From an uncultured Candidatus Bathyarchaeia archaeon (GTDB taxonomy: Archaea > Thermoproteota > Bathyarchaeia > Bathyarchaeales > DTEX01): DNA of 64,000 bases. The translations under genes and the position numbers were made by a program. The stretch covers positions 647 to 64,646 of the forward strand of contig CAZPBM010000057.1 of the NCBI GenBank assembly GCA_964584965.1, given 5' to 3'. Positions 59,870 to 64,000 of the stretch are shown here, in pieces. The notes below the pieces were generated by a model, which saw nothing but the letters and a program-made list of their open reading frames with translations, searched no databases and was not told the origin of the DNA. Position 1 is the first letter of the stretch. Every line of letters starts with the position of its first letter.

Positions 59870-60535
59870 TTGACTCAGTTTGTTATAGATGAAGGTGTGA
59901 AGGCTGCGTTTCCCGATTTAACAGTCTTGGTTGTGCAAATAAACAATGTCAATGTGCAGTCATCTGGTTTGAAGCTTGAGGAGTTTAAGAAGCTTGTAAC
60001 GGAAGAAACGAGGCAGTTTTACGATGCTGAAACTCTTAAGGATAGGCCTGTGTTGAGGGCTTACCGTGACTTTTTTTGGAGAATCAATGTTGACCCTACA
60101 AAGGTTCGTCCCGCAGCTGAGGCCTTAATACGAAGAGTTGTTGTTGGGAATCCATTACCTCGCATAAACACCTTGGTCGACGCATATAACCTTGCCTCAA
60201 TCAAAACAGAGGTCGCTGTCGCTGCGTTCGATGCTGACAATCTACGTGGAGACTTGATAATGCGTTTCGCAAGAAAAGGCGAAAAGTTCCATGGAATCGG
60301 AATGAATAAGCCCTTGAATCTTCAAGGCAGCGAAATCGTGGTTCAGGACGCTGAGAAACTTGTCGCCGTTTACCCCTACAGGGACTCTGAAGACTCAAAG
60401 GTCTCGGAAGCAACCAAAAACGTCTTGTTGCTGTTTTGTGGCGTTCCAGGTATAACTGAAGAAAAACTGTTGGAGGCGATGAAGGTTACAGTTGATTATG
60501 TGACGAGGTTTTGTGGTGGAACCGTAAGGGTTTAG
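59870..60535 (+). CDS. Stand-alone B3/B4 (PheRS-beta editing-like) domain protein
   Basis: AYRDFFW...DPTKVRPAAEALIRR, INTLVDAYN, FD, YPYRDS. Confidence 0.9.
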   Translation: MTQFVIDEGVKAAFPDLTVLVVQINNVNVQSSGLKLEEFKKLVTEETRQFYDAETLKDRPVLRAYRDFFWRINVDPTKVRPAAEALIRRVVVGNPLPRINTLVDAYNLASIKTEVAVAAFDADNLRGDLIMRFARKGEKFHGIGMNKPLNLQGSEIVVQDAEKLVAVYPYRDSEDSKVSEATKNVLLLFCGVPGITEEKLLEAMKVTVDYVTRFCGGTVRV

Positions 60536-60571
60536 AACGTGGAAAAACACTTTGGAAGTAAGTGAAAAAGT

Positions 60572-61330
60572 GTGTTGTCGTTCAAGCAGAAAATGGCTGA
60601 GTCGGCGGAAAAAAGGGATTCCAACATCGTGTTAGCCTTGGACCAGATTCCAGAGGGCACGGGAACTCCTGTTGAAAGAGGCATAAAAATTCTTGAGGAG
60701 ACTTATCCCTACATCTGCGCAGTTAAGTTGAACCATCATCTTGTCCTACCTTTGGGGTTGTTCGACGGAACGAAGGAAATCGTGGATAAAGCACACAGCC
60801 TCGGTTTGCCTACAATAATGGACTGCAAAATAAACGACATAGGATACACGAACCGTGTTATTTCTGAAAACTATTTTAATGCAGGTTTTGACGCTGTAAT
60901 CGCGAACCCCTTCGTTGGGTGGGAGGATGGGCTTCAACCTGTCTTCGAGGTTGCTGAAAAAATGAGCCGAGGCGTAATCTTGCTCGTTTATATGAGCCAC
61001 AACGCTGCATGGGAGGGCTACGGACAAATGGTTCATGACCCAAATGCCAATGAGCTAAAAGCACAATACCTAGTTTTCGCTCAAAAAGCATTGGCGTGGA
61101 AGGCAGACGGCGTAATTGTAGGCGCAACGTATCCAGAAAAAATCAGAGAAATCCACACCATTCTAAAAGGAAAAGTGCCTATATATTCGCCTGGCGTAGG
61201 TGCACAAGGTGGAGACATCAAAGCAGCTGTTGAGGCAGGTTCAGAATACTTGATAGTTGGAAGGTCAATAACGCTTGCGGATAACCCTAAGCAAGCAGCA
61301 AAATCGTTTAGAGACGCTGTAAAAAACTAG
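60572..61330 (+). CDS. pyrF: Orotidine-5'-phosphate decarboxylase
   Basis: VLALD, DCKINDIG (DxKxxD), VGAT, PGVGAQGG, IVGRSI. Confidence 0.96.
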   Translation: MLSFKQKMAESAEKRDSNIVLALDQIPEGTGTPVERGIKILEETYPYICAVKLNHHLVLPLGLFDGTKEIVDKAHSLGLPTIMDCKINDIGYTNRVISENYFNAGFDAVIANPFVGWEDGLQPVFEVAEKMSRGVILLVYMSHNAAWEGYGQMVHDPNANELKAQYLVFAQKALAWKADGVIVGATYPEKIREIHTILKGKVPIYSPGVGAQGGDIKAAVEAGSEYLIVGRSITLADNPKQAAKSFRDAVKN

Positions 61331-61415
61331 CACACTATTCAGAAAAGAAAGTTCTTTTTACCTCTAAATGAAAGCATCTGGTTCTTCTAACTGTTGATGT
61401 TAAAGAGTTCTGAGC

Positions 61416-61559
61416 CTATTTGTTCCACAGTTCTCTTCTTAGGAGGTCGCGTACAGCAGCTCTTATAGCTGCGCTTCTACTTGGGTACATGTTTTGACGA
61501 ACAAGTTCGTCGAGTCCTTCAAGGTATGCCTCAGGAAGAAGAACGGTTACAAGCTTCAT
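61416..61559 (-). CDS. Small ribbon-helix-helix protein (CopG/CdrS-like), 47 aa, not in the ORF track
   Basis: MKLVTVLLPEAYLEGLDELVRQNMYPSRSAAIRAAVRDLLRRELWNK; GAGG RBS upstream. Confidence 0.88.
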   Translation of the reverse strand: MKLVTVLLPEAYLEGLDELVRQNMYPSRSAAIRAAVRDLLRRELWNK

Positions 61560-61699
61560 ACGTTTCGCGCCTCAACATAACATACTAACATATGGTTTTA
61601 TTACTATGTACAACATTTAAGTTTAAAAGAATTTGGTATAAGATGAATGAAGCGTAATCTAGACGTTCACAACAATTATCATGAAGAAGGAGAAGAAAT

Positions 61700-62902
61700 A
61701 TGAAGGGATTCAACGCGGAAAAATTCGTTAAAGACCAAATCAACGAAATAAGACGGGTTATAGGCAACGAAAAAGCTGTAATTGCAGTTTCAGGCGGCGT
61801 AGACAGCTCAACATGCGCTGTTCTTACTCATCAAGCAATTGGAGACAACCTTGCCTGCGTCATACTGGACGACGCTTTTATGCGAGAAGGAGAGCCGGAA
61901 AAGGTCGCAGAACTCCTTTCGCAACCACCGCTGAATCTTCCGATGAAGGTTGAACGTGTTCAGGAACGTTTCTTAACCGCGCTCGGTGGACTTAGAGACG
62001 CGGAAGAGAAGAGGAAAGCCTTCAGGAAGACTTTTTATGAGACTCTCAGTGACGTTGCGAAAAGGGAGGGAAGCAAGTTTCTTGTTCAGGGCACAATTCT
62101 TGCAGACATCATTGAAACAAAGGGTGGAATAAAGACGCAGCATAACGTCTTAGAACAAATAGGCATCAGTACGAGGGAACTCTACGGATTTAAGGTAGTT
62201 GAACCTTTAGTGACACTGCTTAAGCACCAAGTAAGACAGGTCGCCAGATACCTCAAGATTCCGCCAGAAATATCCGAAAGGCAACCCTTCCCTGGACCTG
62301 GACTTTCAGTCAGAGTTGTGGGAGAGATTACCCCTGATAAGTTAGCGTCACTGAAAAAGGCGACAGTAGCTGTGGAAAACAACCTGTCCCAGCATAGTCC
62401 AAGCCAGTATTTCGCTGCAATCATTAACAACGAGGAAATTTTTCCTAGGCCAAACCTCAGAAATCTTGTAAACTCAACGGCGAAGCACCTTAAACTAAGC
62501 CAAATTAACGTTTGGGTCAAAGTTCTCGCAGACAAAGCCACGGGCATGAAACAAAGGGCTCGGCGATACGGCGAAATTGTGGCTGTTACGTGCCGAAAAG
62601 ACGGTGGCGAACTCTATCAACCCGACTTTATGAAATTAGATGGCCTTCAAAAGAGGATATTGTCAAGGATGCGGTCTGCCACGCGGGTCTTGTACGAGAT
62701 AGGCGAAGGTGATGGAAAACAGCCCTACGTTGTTGTTGTTAGAGCTGTTAAGACAGAAGATTTCCTTAAGGCTAAGGCAGCAGAAATCCCATGGCCTACT
62801 CTTCAGGAAACAGCATCTCAGATTCTCAGGGAGTGCCCGAACGTTTCGTCTGTTTACTACGACATTACGCCCAAGCCTCCGGCGACAATAGAGATGGAAT
62901 AA
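61700..62902 (+). CDS. guaAb: GMP synthase ATP-pyrophosphatase subunit (subunit B)
   Basis: SGGVDS, EEKRK, LVQGTI..D, IKTQHNV, RQPFPGPGL, YDITPKPPATIE. Confidence 0.92.
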   Translation: MKGFNAEKFVKDQINEIRRVIGNEKAVIAVSGGVDSSTCAVLTHQAIGDNLACVILDDAFMREGEPEKVAELLSQPPLNLPMKVERVQERFLTALGGLRDAEEKRKAFRKTFYETLSDVAKREGSKFLVQGTILADIIETKGGIKTQHNVLEQIGISTRELYGFKVVEPLVTLLKHQVRQVARYLKIPPEISERQPFPGPGLSVRVVGEITPDKLASLKKATVAVENNLSQHSPSQYFAAIINNEEIFPRPNLRNLVNSTAKHLKLSQINVWVKVLADKATGMKQRARRYGEIVAVTCRKDGGELYQPDFMKLDGLQKRILSRMRSATRVLYEIGEGDGKQPYVVVVRAVKTEDFLKAKAAEIPWPTLQETASQILRECPNVSSVYYDITPKPPATIEME

Positions 62903-62952
62903 CGGTCTCCTTTTAAGCAACGTCTAATAACATGTAGAAAGGTGACAACGCG

Positions 62953-63276
62953 ATGAGAGTTCTGGTTCAACGAATTGAATCTATTAAAGATCCGTCTGGT
63001 AACCTTGGTAAACGGGTGGAACTCGTCGAGGAGGAAATTATGCCAAGCTACGCGATTAGACCTCCAACCGAGGAGGCTCGAATAATTCAAGACGTTTTTA
63101 AGGCTTTACAGCAACAGATGCCTATAATTGGAGCACAGGCAAGGTTCAGCTCACCAAAAATTATACTGTTTTTAACAGAGCAAGAGTACGAAGCGCTAGG
63201 CGTAAGGTTCGACGTAAACCAGGTTTATGATGTTAATTTGGCTGAAGGAACAATAAAATTCCACAGAGTCTCTTAA
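62953..63276 (+). CDS. Arcadin-1-like protein
   Basis: V.RIESIKDPSGNLGKRVELVEE...PKIILFLTEQEYEALG..FDVNQVY; family recognised from memory. Confidence 0.7.
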   Translation: MRVLVQRIESIKDPSGNLGKRVELVEEEIMPSYAIRPPTEEARIIQDVFKALQQQMPIIGAQARFSSPKIILFLTEQEYEALGVRFDVNQVYDVNLAEGTIKFHRVS

Positions 63277-63361
63277 GCTCATGTTAATCTAAACATCTAC
63301 TGCTGCATGAATTTTACAGTATATCTGTTAACCCCGTTAAATTTCGTGTAGGCTGACAAAC

Positions 63362-63637
63362 ATGAGGGTTAGGGCTCACGTGTTCGTCAGAGGATACGTT
63401 CAAGGTGTCTTCTTTAGGTACGAAACCCGAACAAAAGCTACGCAACATAAAGTAACTGGATGGGTAAAAAATTTGCGTGACGGAAGAGTGGAAGCAGTCT
63501 TTGAAGGTGAAAAAGAAGCGGTGGAAGCCATGATAGATTTCTGCCGCCATGGGCCTCCTGGGGCCACAGTTACAGGCGTCGATGTGCTTTGGGAACAACC
63601 CACAGGAGAATTTGACAGATTCCGTGTTTTGTACTGA
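63362..63637 (+). CDS. acyP: Acylphosphatase
   Basis: VRGYVQGVFFR, GWVKN..DGRVE, GPPGA. Confidence 0.96.
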   Translation: MRVRAHVFVRGYVQGVFFRYETRTKATQHKVTGWVKNLRDGRVEAVFEGEKEAVEAMIDFCRHGPPGATVTGVDVLWEQPTGEFDRFRVLY

Positions 63638-63747
63638 CAATGAATCCTTCTGGTGTTGCAATAGAAACCAAAAGAAATATTAGTCGTTGCACAGTTGTTA
63701 CTTGTTGCGCCAAACAGTTTTTGGGGCAATACAGGAAAGGTGATTCA

Positions 63748-64000
63748 ATGAGCGAAGGTTGGGTTGAAACTTGTGCCAGAATTCTTGAGCAAATCGAGAA
63801 AATGGCTGAAAAACCAGATAAAGATAGACTGGACATAATTCAGTCGATGAGGTTTTCTTTATATGCCCTACATCGAAGCATACTAGGCTGGCTTAACTGG
63901 GTAAACAACCCGGACATAATGGTGTCTTTTACACGAGAAGAACTCGAAGCCATGAACAAGAAAATTACGAGTTTCATACAAGACTTCATAAAATACGACA
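63748..64000 (+). CDS. DUF2153-family protein (truncated by the window end)
   Basis: MSEGWV...DRLDIIQSMRF...HRSILGWLNWVNNPDIM..FTREEL...FIKYD; GGTGA RBS; not in the ORF track. Confidence 0.75.
   Translation, partial: MSEGWVETCARILEQIEKMAEKPDKDRLDIIQSMRFSLYALHRSILGWLNWVNNPDIMVSFTREELEAMNKKITSFIQDFIKYD

Noticed and set aside
1-64000. CRISPR arrays, rRNA, tRNA, methyl-CoM reductase or defence systems
   Set aside because: No regularly spaced repeats, RNA gene signatures or such proteins were seen by eye.

Overview
Archaeal chromosomal segment. The gene set (archaeal ACDS cdhABCDE, fwdA/fwdC/mch, SMC-ScpAB, rps8e-srp19-gar1-tfb, archaeal SAM synthetase, arcadin-1, DUF2153) best fits an anaerobic TACK archaeon, most likely Bathyarchaeia (inference). 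1-13.7 kb: Wood-Ljungdahl carbonyl-branch operon with two CooC ATPases, a ferredoxin, DUF166, a decayed pyrophosphatase and an ADP-forming acetyl-CoA synthetase-GNAT fusion. 14-28 kb: carbohydrate and accessory genes (GH1, MFS, GH4, DUF2961, PfkB, UroD-like), FdhD and SmsCB. 28-41 kb: a transglutaminase pseudogene, then housekeeping genes. 41-55 kb: H4MPT methyl-branch genes, an FpoF-like protein, a PPP phosphatase, a core methionine synthase, a glnA/Lrp cluster and NadE. 55-64 kb: a frameshifted sugar epimerase, an IS481 remnant, Mat, MEMO1, PyrF, a CdrS-like RHH protein, GuaAb, arcadin-1 and AcyP. The main unexplained signals are a ~115-bp non-coding element present twice (29220-29334 and 59641-59752, inverted), a fwdC with no canonical start codon in frame behind the fwdA stop, an ACD-GNAT fusion that keeps both catalytic histidines, and a glnA-2x stand-alone Lrp sensor-Re-citrate-synthase-like operon. 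I saw no tRNA, rRNA or CRISPR array. All calls come from reading motifs by eye; no searches were run.
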